From IMG/VR virus record IMGVR_UViG_2751185632_000005, positions 1 to 64,000 of that record: a stretch of DNA of 64,000 nt. One strand, 5' to 3'. This stretch comes from a virus (Duplodnaviria; Caudoviricetes). The notes under the pieces were generated by a model. That model made no database searches, had not been told where the DNA came from, and saw only the letters and a list, made by a program, of their open reading frames with translations. Within the stretch, counting starts at the first letter, position 1; each line of letters starts with the position of its first letter. A program made the translations under genes and the position numbers. This document shows positions 48,214-57,408 of the stretch, piece by piece.

Positions 48214-48597
48214 TTAGGAGCAGAAGGGCGAGGCGAAGATCAGGTAGTGGCGCCCCTCGATGATGGCCGTCTCGGCGTAGCCCTCCATGCCATGGGCGGA
48301 CCACATCTCGTCGACGTCGTAGCCTTCCACGCCGGGGGCAAAGTCCATGAGGCCGCCCATCGCGTCCCAAGGGAGCGTCACCGCTTCGCCAGTGTCGTTG
48401 TAGCGGACGAGCCGGCATTCGAGTGCGACCACGTGCAGACTGAGATCGCCGATGGTCCATATCCCTTTGAGCTTGGCGCGCGGGTCGTGGTCTGGTCCGG
48501 CCTCGCGCCATAGCGGCTCTACAATCTCGGTTGAAGGGGCGTGCCGGTTCTCTCCGAGAAAGGCGTCGAATTCCGACTTGGTCAGGATCATGGACAT
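48214..48597 (-). CDS. Hypothetical protein
   Basis: AAGGAG RBS. Confidence 0.6.
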   Translation of the reverse strand: MSMILTKSEFDAFLGENRHAPSTEIVEPLWREAGPDHDPRAKLKGIWTIGDLSLHVVALECRLVRYNDTGEAVTLPWDAMGGLMDFAPGVEGYDVDEMWSAHGMEGYAETAIIEGRHYLIFASPFCS

Positions 48598-48639
48598 GTG
48601 CGGTCTCCTTGGCGCCATAAGCGGCGATTGGTGGTTAGG

Positions 48640-49827
48640 TCACGCTGCGATGCTGATCGGCTCTCCGAATGGCACCTTGGCGGCAAGCTGGTCGAAGGAT
48701 CGGGCATCGCCGTAGACGCCCCACAGAACAGGCATCGGCGGCTCGCGCCCGAAGTCGTAGACCTCCAGGTCGGTGAGGTAGATGCAGGCGCGGGCGTCGG
48801 GATAGTCCCGTTCGATTCTACGGAATGTGTCGGAAAACGCGGTGCCGCCGCCGCCGGCCGGATGGAGCACCAGTTCGTCGCCGGTCTCGAACTCCTCGAC
48901 GCGCTGAACCGCCGCATCGGCGTAGATGACGGTGATCCTGTCCACCGCTCCCTCGCAGAAGGCGCCGTTGATCTCGGCGGCGAAGGCGCGGAGGATCTCG
49001 TCGTTGATGGACCCGGAGGTGTCCACCGCGATCACGATGTGCGAGACGCCATCGGAGATAGTGCCGGGAGTGATGAGCCCGTGCGGGATCAGGCGCCGGT
49101 TCGGCCTGGACCATGCGAAGTCGCGCGTGGTGGACTCGTCGACGAAACGGCGGAGCACCGACCGCCAGTCCACCTTCGGCTTCAGAAGCTCGTCCACGAG
49201 GCGCTGGATGCCCGCCGGCAGGCTTCCGGCATTGGCGGCCTTGGCGATGTTCGCCGCCTGCCTAACGGCCGTCTGCATCTCAGCACGGGCCTCGGCGAGG
49301 GCGGCTTCGTCATGCGCCGGCGCCGCATCGAGAACGGCGCCACACCCACCTGGGTCCTGTCCGCCTTGTGCGCCGTTCACGCCGCCATCGGCATCTTCCT
49401 GAAGAAGGCGATAGATTTCTTCCGCCGAGAGCCCGGTGTAGGCCGGATCGATCAGGGCGCCCTTTGGCATAGCAATGGCGACCTTCGTGGTCTTGGAGTT
49501 TGCCCGAATATACGCATCGAGCTCGCCGTTGATGGCATAATCGCAGGCCATGTTCCAGCGCCGCTGATCGCGTGTCTGCCTGCGGATGTGGTGCTCGAGG
49601 GCGTTGTGCATGACCTCGTGGGCCAGCACGAACACCAGTTCCGGCTTCTTCAACCCGTCGACGAACTTTCGGTCGAAGAACAGATTGCGACCATCGGTCG
49701 CCATAGTGTCGATGCGCGAGTCATTTGTGGCCTCTGAGAGCCTCAGGCGGGTGGTTAGTGCCCCGAAGAACGGGTGGTTCCACATAAGCTCGGTCATGGA
49801 CCAGAGAATCTTGTCCTCGGCGATCAT
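48640..49827 (-). CDS. DUF2201-type metallopeptidase-like plus VWA domain protein
   Basis: TMATDG, HEVMH (HExxH), WNMACDYAIN, VDTSGS MIDAS. Confidence 0.88.
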   Translation of the reverse strand: MIAEDKILWSMTELMWNHPFFGALTTRLRLSEATNDSRIDTMATDGRNLFFDRKFVDGLKKPELVFVLAHEVMHNALEHHIRRQTRDQRRWNMACDYAINGELDAYIRANSKTTKVAIAMPKGALIDPAYTGLSAEEIYRLLQEDADGGVNGAQGGQDPGGCGAVLDAAPAHDEAALAEARAEMQTAVRQAANIAKAANAGSLPAGIQRLVDELLKPKVDWRSVLRRFVDESTTRDFAWSRPNRRLIPHGLITPGTISDGVSHIVIAVDTSGSINDEILRAFAAEINGAFCEGAVDRITVIYADAAVQRVEEFETGDELVLHPAGGGGTAFSDTFRRIERDYPDARACIYLTDLEVYDFGREPPMPVLWGVYGDARSFDQLAAKVPFGEPISIAA

Positions 49828-50192
49828 GATGTAGCTCCCTTCATGGAGATTCGAGCGCAGAGCGCGATGTCTTCGGGCGGTAGACGGGAGCGGAGCACGT
49901 TGGTAACCGTGCCGCTGAAGACCTTGGCGTTCGCGCCCCTGATGAACATGTCCTTGTCGACGAGAGGGCCGGCACTCTTCCAATGGGTGGTCCCGCTTTT
50001 ATCGACAACGCGCATTGACTGCGGTTGCGACCGGAATACGGAGAATGACCGGTCTTCCGCTCGGTAGATCAGCGTCCAGTGGGCAGTTTCATAGTTGGCG
50101 AGAATGCCAATGAATCCCCAGCGGATGCCGATATCTCCCGCCGTCACGATCTCTCGGCCGAATGGCCCCATCACTTTTCGGAAGTCAGCCAT
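49824..50192 (-). CDS. Paralogue 5 of uncharacterised tandem family
   Basis: WTLIYRAEDRSF and VTNVLRSRLPPEDIALC. Confidence 0.75.
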   Translation of the reverse strand: MADFRKVMGPFGREIVTAGDIGIRWGFIGILANYETAHWTLIYRAEDRSFSVFRSQPQSMRVVDKSGTTHWKSAGPLVDKDMFIRGANAKVFSGTVTNVLRSRLPPEDIALCARISMKGATS

Positions 50193-50529
50193 GAGCCTTC
50201 CTCCTGCCATTCATCGAAAGCCGGGTGCATCGTGCCAGATCCTCCGGCTTGAGGCGGGCCTTCAGGATGTCGGTGACGAAGCCCTCTTCGATCTCGCCCT
50301 TAGCGACAGAGGGGATTGAGAACAGATCTCTCCCCATTAACTTCCGTGCCCGTTCGGCTGCGACGGCGGACATGATGCGGCGGCATTTGAACCGGCGCGT
50401 ATCGGCGAAATAGATGAGCTTCCACTCGCAGAGTTCGCCGTCTTCCTTCATGCCGGAAAACCACCAGGTGACCCGGCCGAATGCTTCCTCGGTCTTTCTT
50501 GGACCCCAGACGCTCTTGATCCTCGGCAT
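50185..50529 (-). CDS. Paralogue 4 of uncharacterised tandem family
   Basis: WKLIYFADTRRF and VTDILKARLKPEDLARC. Confidence 0.75.
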   Translation of the reverse strand: MPRIKSVWGPRKTEEAFGRVTWWFSGMKEDGELCEWKLIYFADTRRFKCRRIMSAVAAERARKLMGRDLFSIPSVAKGEIEEGFVTDILKARLKPEDLARCTRLSMNGRRKAHG

Positions 50530-50532
50530 GGT

Positions 50533-50838
50533 TCACTCCGAAAGCGCGGCTGCCAAGCAGGCCGCGAGGTCGGCCGGCGGCAGAAGGCTGCGGAGATGAT
50601 CACGGAGGCTTCCGTCCGGTATGTCGATTGGGCGGTGACCGAGAGCCAGCATCATCTTCGGGTTCACCGCGAAGAAATCCCCGGCCTTTCGCAGGCTGAA
50701 CTTGCGATTGGAGTGGGTGAATTCGAGAGTCCATCGCAGGACAGAGCCGCTCTCGTAGGTGACCATGAATTCGAAGGTGGTCACGTTCCAGTCAGTGTGC
50801 CGGCTGAGCGGCCCCTCGATGCAGAGTGGTTTGGTCAT
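50533..50838 (-). CDS. Paralogue 3 of uncharacterised tandem family
   Basis: WTLEFTHSNRKF and LRDHLRSLLPPADLAAC. Confidence 0.75.
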   Translation of the reverse strand: MTKPLCIEGPLSRHTDWNVTTFEFMVTYESGSVLRWTLEFTHSNRKFSLRKAGDFFAVNPKMMLALGHRPIDIPDGSLRDHLRSLLPPADLAACLAAALSE

Positions 50839-51152
50839 AATCGCCGATCTCCGTACAGCGACATGGCGGCGCACTCAGCCATTTCCTTGGGGGTGAGCAA
50901 GGATTTCAGGTGGTCCACGAGTGGCACCGTGATGGTGAACTGCGTTCGTCCCAACCTCTTCAGATGGGCCAGACGCTTAAGGTCTTTCGGCCAATGTCGC
51001 TCTTTTCGGGTGCTGAACTCGCGTAACTCAGGGTTATACTGGAGTAAGTACGTAGCGAAGTCGCCATTGATGAACGTCACGACAAAGGTGAAGTTTGCGA
51101 TATACCATCCCGAAACGCAGCCGCGTCGCTCGATATCGATGACTTGTCTCAT
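50835..51152 (-). CDS. Paralogue 2 of uncharacterised tandem family
   Basis: YLLQYNPELREF and LVDHLKSLLTPKEMAEC. Confidence 0.75.
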   Translation of the reverse strand: MRQVIDIERRGCVSGWYIANFTFVVTFINGDFATYLLQYNPELREFSTRKERHWPKDLKRLAHLKRLGRTQFTITVPLVDHLKSLLTPKEMAECAAMSLYGDRRL

Positions 51153-51154
51153 GC

Positions 51155-51502
51155 TTAGATCTTTCTTGCAGTGAGTGAGGCGCCAGCAACCGTCGCAAGA
51201 TCGCGATCTGTAAGCATCCCGCGTAGGGCATTCACGATCTTCCCTTTCGGCAAGGCGGAACGGAGGACGGCGATTGGCCGAAACAGGGAGGCAAGCCGGT
51301 CGGCATGCGCCTGCTCCCACCCGTTGCGCGCCGGCGCGATGACGCGGAAGGCTCTGGTCGGCGTCTCGAAGACGAGCGTGTAGCGCCGGATGCGGCCGAG
51401 ATCGTCTCCGGCAATAAACGTCCATTGGAAGGCTACGCCGCCCTCGATGAGCGTCTTCCGGTAGCCGGTTGGGCCGGCAACCCAGACGATGGCGCCGCTC
51501 AT
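51155..51502 (-). CDS. Paralogue 1 of uncharacterised tandem family
   Basis: YTLVFETPTRAF and IVNALRGMLTDRDLATV. Confidence 0.75.
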   Translation of the reverse strand: MSGAIVWVAGPTGYRKTLIEGGVAFQWTFIAGDDLGRIRRYTLVFETPTRAFRVIAPARNGWEQAHADRLASLFRPIAVLRSALPKGKIVNALRGMLTDRDLATVAGASLTARKI

Positions 51503-52485
51503 CCGAACACGACGTCCTGGTTCCGGACGGTCCAGTCTATAAAGGCCTGCGTGTGCGAGAGCTTGCCGTCACGCCGGACAGCGTCCGTCATGAACAGGAT
51601 CTCGAACTCGCGCGGCAGGCGCTGCATGTAGATCATGGCGTTGCCGATGGTCTTGTCGGTCACCTTGCGGGCGAGGCCCGAGCTGATGGCGAAGCGCGCC
51701 GACGAGTCCTCGGGCACCTTGGCGCCGGTGGGATTGCTAAGCACCAGGTCGAGCGAAGGCAGCCCCTGGTAGACGCGGATGAAGCCCTCGAGTTCGGCGG
51801 CCGCGCCTTCGCCCACGATGCCGGCAATAAGCGCCAGCCGGAGCGGAGACGGCTGTTGGACCACCTTGCCGACCTGCTCCCACGCCCTCGGCGTAGGGAA
51901 GGCGCGGAGATGATCACCGTTCATGTCGTGCAGGAGGGCAGGGCGCCAGCGCAGGAAGGCGACGATGATCGGATCGACGCCGATCCTGTTGAAGTGGTGG
52001 ACGGTGGTGTCGACGTCCGGGTCGACGTCGATGTGCGCGAACCGATTGGCAAGCGCCGACGGCATGCGTTGCGCGGCGGCGCGGTCGGACTGGCGGTTGC
52101 CGGCGGCCACGACGCGCCAGCCCGGCGGAAGCTGGTAGTCGCCGACGCGGCGATCGAGCACCAGGCCGAACATGGCGGCCTGCATCGAGGGCGCGGCGGC
52201 GTTGATCTCGTCGAGGAACAGGATGCCTTCGGCGCCGTCGCGGCCGGGCTGTGGAAACTCGTCGGGAACCTTCCACTTGGTGGTGTCTGCGGTGAGATCG
52301 GGCAGGCCCATGAGGGCCACCGGATCACGGGTGGATGCGCGGAAGTCGACGAGGCCCCAGCTCCGCTCGTTGACGATGTCACGAACGATGGAAGACTTGC
52401 CGACGCCGGGCTGGCCCCACATCATGACGGGAATATCGGCGTCGAGGAAGGCGTAGAGGGCCTGCGCTGCGGTCTGCAGATTCAT
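51499..52485 (-). CDS. MoxR/CbbQ-like AAA+ ATPase
   Basis: GQPGVGKS, FLDEI, AAGNR, LANRF. Confidence 0.9.
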   Translation of the reverse strand: MNLQTAAQALYAFLDADIPVMMWGQPGVGKSSIVRDIVNERSWGLVDFRASTRDPVALMGLPDLTADTTKWKVPDEFPQPGRDGAEGILFLDEINAAAPSMQAAMFGLVLDRRVGDYQLPPGWRVVAAGNRQSDRAAAQRMPSALANRFAHIDVDPDVDTTVHHFNRIGVDPIIVAFLRWRPALLHDMNGDHLRAFPTPRAWEQVGKVVQQPSPLRLALIAGIVGEGAAAELEGFIRVYQGLPSLDLVLSNPTGAKVPEDSSARFAISSGLARKVTDKTIGNAMIYMQRLPREFEILFMTDAVRRDGKLSHTQAFIDWTVRNQDVVFG

Positions 52486-52631
52486 GGTTGGTCTCCTGGT
52501 GTCGCATGATCGCGGGTTGAGGAAGAGGGGTGGAGTGGGGTAATCTGAAACTGGGCGCGACTATTGCATGCGCTCATGTCCCCGGCCGCCAAAATTAGGC
52601 GAAGAAGTCGGAGAATATAGGACAGCGTACA

Positions 52632-52853
52632 TTGATGACATACTGGCTTGATCTGATGAGAATATCGTCCAAAGAAAACACAGGCGCCTTCGTCGTTTAT
52701 TCCTACCCTATAGAGGCAGAGAGCGACGGCGAGGCCAAGGTTTTGGCTTCTGAGAAAAGCCTGATCCCGTTTTTCGATGACTACGATTACGCGGTGCTCA
52801 TCTTGGGAAGCGGAGAGGTCGTAGCGACCTTCGGGGAGATGGCCGGCCTCTGA
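52632..52853 (+). CDS. Counter-oriented low-GC moron, acidic hypothetical protein
   Basis: AT-richer island within the minus-strand operon. Confidence 0.5.
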   Translation: MMTYWLDLMRISSKENTGAFVVYSYPIEAESDGEAKVLASEKSLIPFFDDYDYAVLILGSGEVVATFGEMAGL

Positions 52854-52899
52854 CCACTCCAAAAGAGATGAAAGGTGGCGCCCGCAGATGGGCGCCATC

Positions 52900-53310
52900 T
52901 CATTTCCACACGATGGTATCGGGAAACAGCACGGCGGGGCCGCAGATAGCCGGTGCCGATTCAAGGATTTCCCGCCTGGTGCATCTGAAGTCCGGCATCA
53001 GAATTTCGCCGGGCATCCAAGAGACATGATGGTATTGGGAATGCACAAAGTTGGCCTGGTAGATGTCTGTCGCCCTGACGTTCCGGATGTGCCGCCCGTT
53101 GATGGCTGAGGTCTCGCCGACGAACATGTCTCGGCGGTGACCATCGTACAGAACAGACACATGCTCGAACGGCTCATCGAAGAACTGAGTGATCGCCTGC
53201 GAGATGGAGTTGAACGCCACGCCGAGCAACGGGGCGTAGAAGGGCTGTATCTCCCCGATGACGGGGATGAGGAGGAACGTTGCCACGGTGGTTCGGGCCG
53301 GCGTTGCCAC
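52900..53310 (-). CDS. Hypothetical protein
   Basis: AAGGAGG RBS before GTG 53310. Confidence 0.6.
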   Translation of the reverse strand: MATPARTTVATFLLIPVIGEIQPFYAPLLGVAFNSISQAITQFFDEPFEHVSVLYDGHRRDMFVGETSAINGRHIRNVRATDIYQANFVHSQYHHVSWMPGEILMPDFRCTRREILESAPAICGPAVLFPDTIVWK

Positions 53311-53323
53311 CGGCCCGCCTCCT

Positions 53324-54229
53324 TCACGCAAGGAAATCGCCGATTTGGTCGAGGATGGCCTGCGCCTCGTTGGCAACGTCGCGGCGCTTGCCCTCGTCCT
53401 CGCGAAGGACGCTGGCGTCGTGCTCGCAAAGCACCTTCATCCGCTCCGCCAGTTCGGCGATGCGCGGGTCTCCGGTAATGTCGAGCGCCGGAAGAACGGC
53501 GAGCATGTCGCGCACGTTCTCGACCAGCGAGTCGCGGAAGATGCCTTCCGACCGCTCGCCCTTCTTGCTCGCCGGCTTGTAGGCGCCGAGCCGGTCGACC
53601 ATCCGCTCTGCCAGTTCGGCGATGCGCTCGAAGATGTTGCGCACGGCAGCACGCGTCGCCTCGCCGACCTGCTGCTCAATGTCGGCGCGGATGCGCTCGG
53701 CCTGAGCGTCAGAGATGGCGACACGGAAGTCGTCGGAGGTCGGGACCGGGAGAACCTTGCAATCCATCGCGAACTTGGCGCGCAGCTCTTCCGCCTCGGG
53801 ATAGTCAGCCGCCTTGAACATGCCGTTGAGGCGGGAGGCGGCAGCGGCCACATAGCCGGGGTACCTGGTGATGAAGGAGTCGACGGCCGCGTCGAACTTG
53901 GCCGACTGGGATCGGAGCCAAGCCATGTGTGAGAGATAGGCGTCGGCAGCCATGATGCGACTACCGTCCTGCATCCACGGCAGCGTCCGCTTAAGGAATT
54001 CATTGCGGGTTTCGCTGACGATGCGCTCGATCTCCTCGAGCGCTTCCTTCGGCAGAAGCAGCTTGTTGTAGCGGCCGGCGTCCGAGGCGGCGCCGTGTTG
54101 GTCGTTCACCTCCTTGGTGACTTCGCGGTCGAGCCGCCGGCCGGACCACTGCGAGATGCGCAGCGAGACGATCATCGCGCGGGTGGCGAGGGTAGAGGAG
54201 GCAGACTGGATCTGAGAAAAGGCGTTCAT
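53324..54229 (-). CDS. DUF3150-like protein
   Basis: VSLRISQWSG..LD, YNKLLLP, LPW; family usually linked to AAA+VWA pairs. Confidence 0.65.
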   Translation of the reverse strand: MNAFSQIQSASSTLATRAMIVSLRISQWSGRRLDREVTKEVNDQHGAASDAGRYNKLLLPKEALEEIERIVSETRNEFLKRTLPWMQDGSRIMAADAYLSHMAWLRSQSAKFDAAVDSFITRYPGYVAAAASRLNGMFKAADYPEAEELRAKFAMDCKVLPVPTSDDFRVAISDAQAERIRADIEQQVGEATRAAVRNIFERIAELAERMVDRLGAYKPASKKGERSEGIFRDSLVENVRDMLAVLPALDITGDPRIAELAERMKVLCEHDASVLREDEGKRRDVANEAQAILDQIGDFLA

Positions 54230-54300
54230 TTTGGGTCTCCATCGTTTCCATGAGCGGAGGGGGAAGGGCAGGCGGCTCGTGACGTCTCGCCCGGTCGTGG

Positions 54301-54687
54301 TCAAGCGGCGGCCGTCTCGGCCAATTGCGCGGCCAACCCGAGAACTTTGGAGCGTACGGCGGGATCGAGGCACCGAAACGCCGACAGCAGCTCGACCTCC
54401 TGCCGGTTCTGCGCGGTGACGACCGATGCGTTGCTGGCGCCCGCCGGAGAACTACCGAGTTCAGCGCCGTCGTAAAGCTCGACCACCGATACGCCCAAGG
54501 CCTGGGCGATCTGAACCATGCGCGAGCCGCCGACGCGATTGGTGCCCTTCTCGTATTTCTGAATCTGCTGGAAGGTGATGCCGACGGCCTCGCCAAGTGC
54601 CTCCTGGGACATTCCCTGGAGCTGGCGGGTGCGACGGATGTTCTGCCCGATGGTGATGTCGGCCTGAGCCGGGGACTTCATGTTCAT
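54301..54687 (-). CDS. XRE-family HTH regulator
   Basis: IGQNIRR..SQEALGEAVGITFQQIQKYEKGTNR. Confidence 0.88.
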   Translation of the reverse strand: MNMKSPAQADITIGQNIRRTRQLQGMSQEALGEAVGITFQQIQKYEKGTNRVGGSRMVQIAQALGVSVVELYDGAELGSSPAGASNASVVTAQNRQEVELLSAFRCLDPAVRSKVLGLAAQLAETAAA

Positions 54688-54936
54688 TCTGGTGTCCTTG
54701 GTAGAGGTGTGGTTGCCGCCGCCGTTTGCATGGGCGGGCGGTGACGGCTGAATCCCACCGGTAGTATTGGCGCCGGCTTTCAGGCCCGGCCCATGGCTTC
54801 CTCCTGTGTTGCAGAGACACGCACAGCCGCCGCGCCCCCAAAGGGCTCGCCTCAGTCTCTGTAGGGAATGGTTGGGTGCGGCTCCGCCTTTCCTGAAGCG
54901 GCTACTGCCCGTCCAGCGGGCGGGCAGGGTGTCGCG

Positions 54937-55683
54937 TCAGGACCAGCACGACCAGCCGTGGAAGCCACTCTTCTTGGAGATGCTGGAGCACCATCTCGTC
55001 GAAACCGCTGGGCCGGCGTCGCCGTCGGGGACGATGACATAGTGGTCGCCCATATCGCGGGCGACGACGCGCACCGTGCCACGATGGATGGGGAAAAGCC
55101 GCCCGAGCGCATGGTGAATCTCCCGCAACTCGCGCGGTTCGGTCTCCGCGGTGACCCATGCCTTGACGCGACGAGGCGGAAATCCCTCGTCTCTGCTGGC
55201 AGTGAAGTGCCATGCGCCACGGAACAGATCTTCGACCTCGCTCGGCAGGAATGTCGAGAAGATGCTCTCGTACCATGTCCAGAACACAGTCCACTCGATA
55301 CCGGGGATGCTCGGCAGGATGCCGGGATACTCGTTCTTGTCCAGGCGGCCTGTGAAATCCATGGGGCAACCATAGCGGATCAGTTCGATATCCCTGTCGT
55401 CGAACCGCTCGAGGTCGGGCCGGCGGCAGGCGACGAGATGACCATTGAAGTCACCGGGGCGGAGATTGCCCTCGTAGGTGCGGGCACGATTCCAGGAGCC
55501 GTTGCGAACGCATCCGCGCTCGTCGACCTGAATGCACATCGGGGATGGGGACCATCCCTCGGGAACGGCAGTGATGAGGACGCAAACCGGGTTGCCGCGA
55601 TAGGTCTTCCGCTTGAGCTGGAAGACGCGGCCCGGCGCTAGCTGAGTGCGCCAGCCGCGCGATACGCGATGCGGTTCAGACAT
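54937..55683 (-). CDS. Hypothetical protein
   Basis: AGGAG RBS before ATG 55683. Confidence 0.6.
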   Translation of the reverse strand: MSEPHRVSRGWRTQLAPGRVFQLKRKTYRGNPVCVLITAVPEGWSPSPMCIQVDERGCVRNGSWNRARTYEGNLRPGDFNGHLVACRRPDLERFDDRDIELIRYGCPMDFTGRLDKNEYPGILPSIPGIEWTVFWTWYESIFSTFLPSEVEDLFRGAWHFTASRDEGFPPRRVKAWVTAETEPRELREIHHALGRLFPIHRGTVRVVARDMGDHYVIVPDGDAGPAVSTRWCSSISKKSGFHGWSCWS

Positions 55684-55712
55684 GAAAGTCTCCTGTATCG
55701 ATAGGGGGTAGC

Positions 55713-55741
55713 TTGAAGGGACGGGTCGCACGGCATAGTGT
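55713..55741 (+). promoter_or_regulatory. Sigma70-type promoter of counter-oriented gene pair
   Basis: TTGAAG-N17-TAGTGT, ATG 5 nt later (leaderless). Confidence 0.5.
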
Positions 55742-55746
55742 GGCAC

Positions 55747-55959
55747 ATGCCCAAGAGACCCCAGCCGCCCCGCGAGAGGGCCGCCCGCGCCCTGTGCAGT
55801 CTGAAGAGCTTGCCCGAGAACACGAAGTTCGAAGGCCGGCCGATGTGGGAGTCATTTCTTCCGGAGGTAGACGCGGTGTTGAGGGCCGCGCTCACACCGG
55901 AGGAATTTGCCCGCATGAAGGGCGAAGATTGGTCGGCCGCTGACAGGACCAGGATGTAA
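55747..55959 (+). CDS. Hypothetical protein (counter-oriented)
   Basis: PRERAARALC..PEN.KFEGRPMW. Confidence 0.6.
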   Translation: MPKRPQPPRERAARALCSLKSLPENTKFEGRPMWESFLPEVDAVLRAALTPEEFARMKGEDWSAADRTRM

Positions 55960-55962
55960 ATC

Positions 55963-56163
55963 ATGCTTCCGGCGGAACGCGAAAGATTGGCTGAGCAAGT
56001 TGGGATGGCTGTGCTTCGGATGCGCTCTGATGCGCAACGATTCTTGGGTGAGGCTCAGAGCGCAGGCGATGCGAAGATGGCCCGAAAATGGACAAGCGAA
56101 CTTCGCAAGCTCGATGCCAGAATCGCCAAGTACGGTCTGTCTAGGTACGCGGACCGGAACTGA
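55963..56163 (+). CDS. Hypothetical protein (counter-oriented)
   Basis: Follows previous gene by 3 nt. Confidence 0.5.
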   Translation: MLPAERERLAEQVGMAVLRMRSDAQRFLGEAQSAGDAKMARKWTSELRKLDARIAKYGLSRYADRN

Positions 56164-56632
56164 TCTCCTCGAGGCGGTCCGCTTCCTCGTAGGAGAAATC
56201 TGCGCGCACTAGCAGGGCGTTGCCTCTGGTAACCTCGGCGTCTTCAGCGCATGGGATCAGGTCGGCCTCTTCTTCGAGGCAGGTGGCGATGCGCTCGCGT
56301 TCGGCCGAGACCAACTCAGAAGTGTCAAGTTCGCTTTGGAGGATGGCTACAGATCCGCACCAGTCCTTGATGTCGTTGGTGGCGTCGATCACCAGTTCGT
56401 AGTCTTCAATGCTGGCGACGCTGGTTTCGATGCGGCTGCCAGCCTCGTGAAACCAGGCTTCGACCGAGCGGAGGTCACTGTCCTCGTCGTTGAGTTCTTC
56501 CTGCAGGTCCGGCAGAAGCCACTCGGCAAATTCAGCACGAATCCATGCCTCGGCTGCCTCGTGGGTGATGAACGAGCGAACGTGTGCGCCCGGCACGGTC
56601 CAGCTCTCTACGATAGCGGTGAAGATTTGCAT
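56141..56632 (-). CDS. Acidic hypothetical protein
   Basis: GGAGGA RBS. Confidence 0.6.
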   Translation of the reverse strand: MQIFTAIVESWTVPGAHVRSFITHEAAEAWIRAEFAEWLLPDLQEELNDEDSDLRSVEAWFHEAGSRIETSVASIEDYELVIDATNDIKDWCGSVAILQSELDTSELVSAERERIATCLEEEADLIPCAEDAEVTRGNALLVRADFSYEEADRLEEISSGPRT

Positions 56633-56633
56633 G

Positions 56634-56849
56634 TCATGCATCCTCCGGATTGGTGATGATGCCGGCTTCCGCCTTGCTCTCGCCGGTCTCCCGGTTCTCG
56701 ATGCGAATATCTTCAGTCGACAGGGTCTCGGAGTCCTTGAAGGTCGAGCAGCCGTCCATGTGGAGCCGAAGCGCTTCTTCAAAGCTCTCGGCATTGACGG
56801 TGTAGCGCTCGCGGATCTCGGCGGTTTGGAAGATGTCGAAGGTGGTCAT
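56634..56849 (-). CDS. Small acidic hypothetical protein (possible longer GTG start at 57002)
   Basis: GGAGGA RBS. Confidence 0.55.
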   Translation of the reverse strand: MTTFDIFQTAEIRERYTVNAESFEEALRLHMDGCSTFKDSETLSTEDIRIENRETGESKAEAGIITNPEDA

Positions 56850-56998
56850 GTTGACGGTCCTCCGGGTGTCGTTGATCTCAGTGCCCGGTGCAGCCGCACC
56901 GTCACGGCGGGGGTGGGTGTTGGGGTGGTTGTCGGACCTCAGCGCCTTGGCGCCGGCCCGTTTCACCTTGCGCTTGGAGCGGGTTTTCTTGGTTGCGC

Positions 56999-57406
56999 TC
57001 ACGGCCGCTTCCCCTTGAAGCGATAGACAGCCCGCATCGGACGGACCTTGCCGCGCCACCTGCTTTTGCCGTTCTTCAAGCGCTCGAATGTGCCGTCGAA
57101 CTGCCAGATGCCGCCGCGAAGGTTGCCCTTCGCCTCGATCCAGTCGTCCACCTGGTCGTTCATGTCGCAATGGAGCCACGGGCTGCCGTCCAACTCGGTG
57201 CCGTCCTTCAGCTTGAACGTCCAGTCGATGATCGTGATGTCGCCATGCACTCCCAGCGTGAACAGCACAAAGCCCGAATACACCTCGCGCACCTTCGGCT
57301 GGAGATGTCCCCATGTGTCCTGCCAGACGGCTTCCACATACTGAGGGATCGGTGTGGGTGACTGCGGAGAGGCCGCGTAGCGGGCGGCTGCGGTCGTGTA
57401 GTTCAT
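56999..57406 (-). CDS. Hypothetical protein
   Basis: DTWGHL.P..R..Y.G pattern; GGAG RBS. Confidence 0.6.
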   Translation of the reverse strand: MNYTTAAARYAASPQSPTPIPQYVEAVWQDTWGHLQPKVREVYSGFVLFTLGVHGDITIIDWTFKLKDGTELDGSPWLHCDMNDQVDDWIEAKGNLRGGIWQFDGTFERLKNGKSRWRGKVRPMRAVYRFKGKRP

Positions 57407-57408
57407 GG

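Noticed and set aside
52531-52861. 8-bp inverted repeats TGGAGTGG/CCACTCCA flanking the 52632 moron as a MITE or invertible segment
   Set aside because: Too short, no target duplication and no recombinase link; may be chance.
54780-54805. Four-codon ORF MGRA with strong RBS
   Set aside because: No support beyond the RBS; may be a gene remnant.
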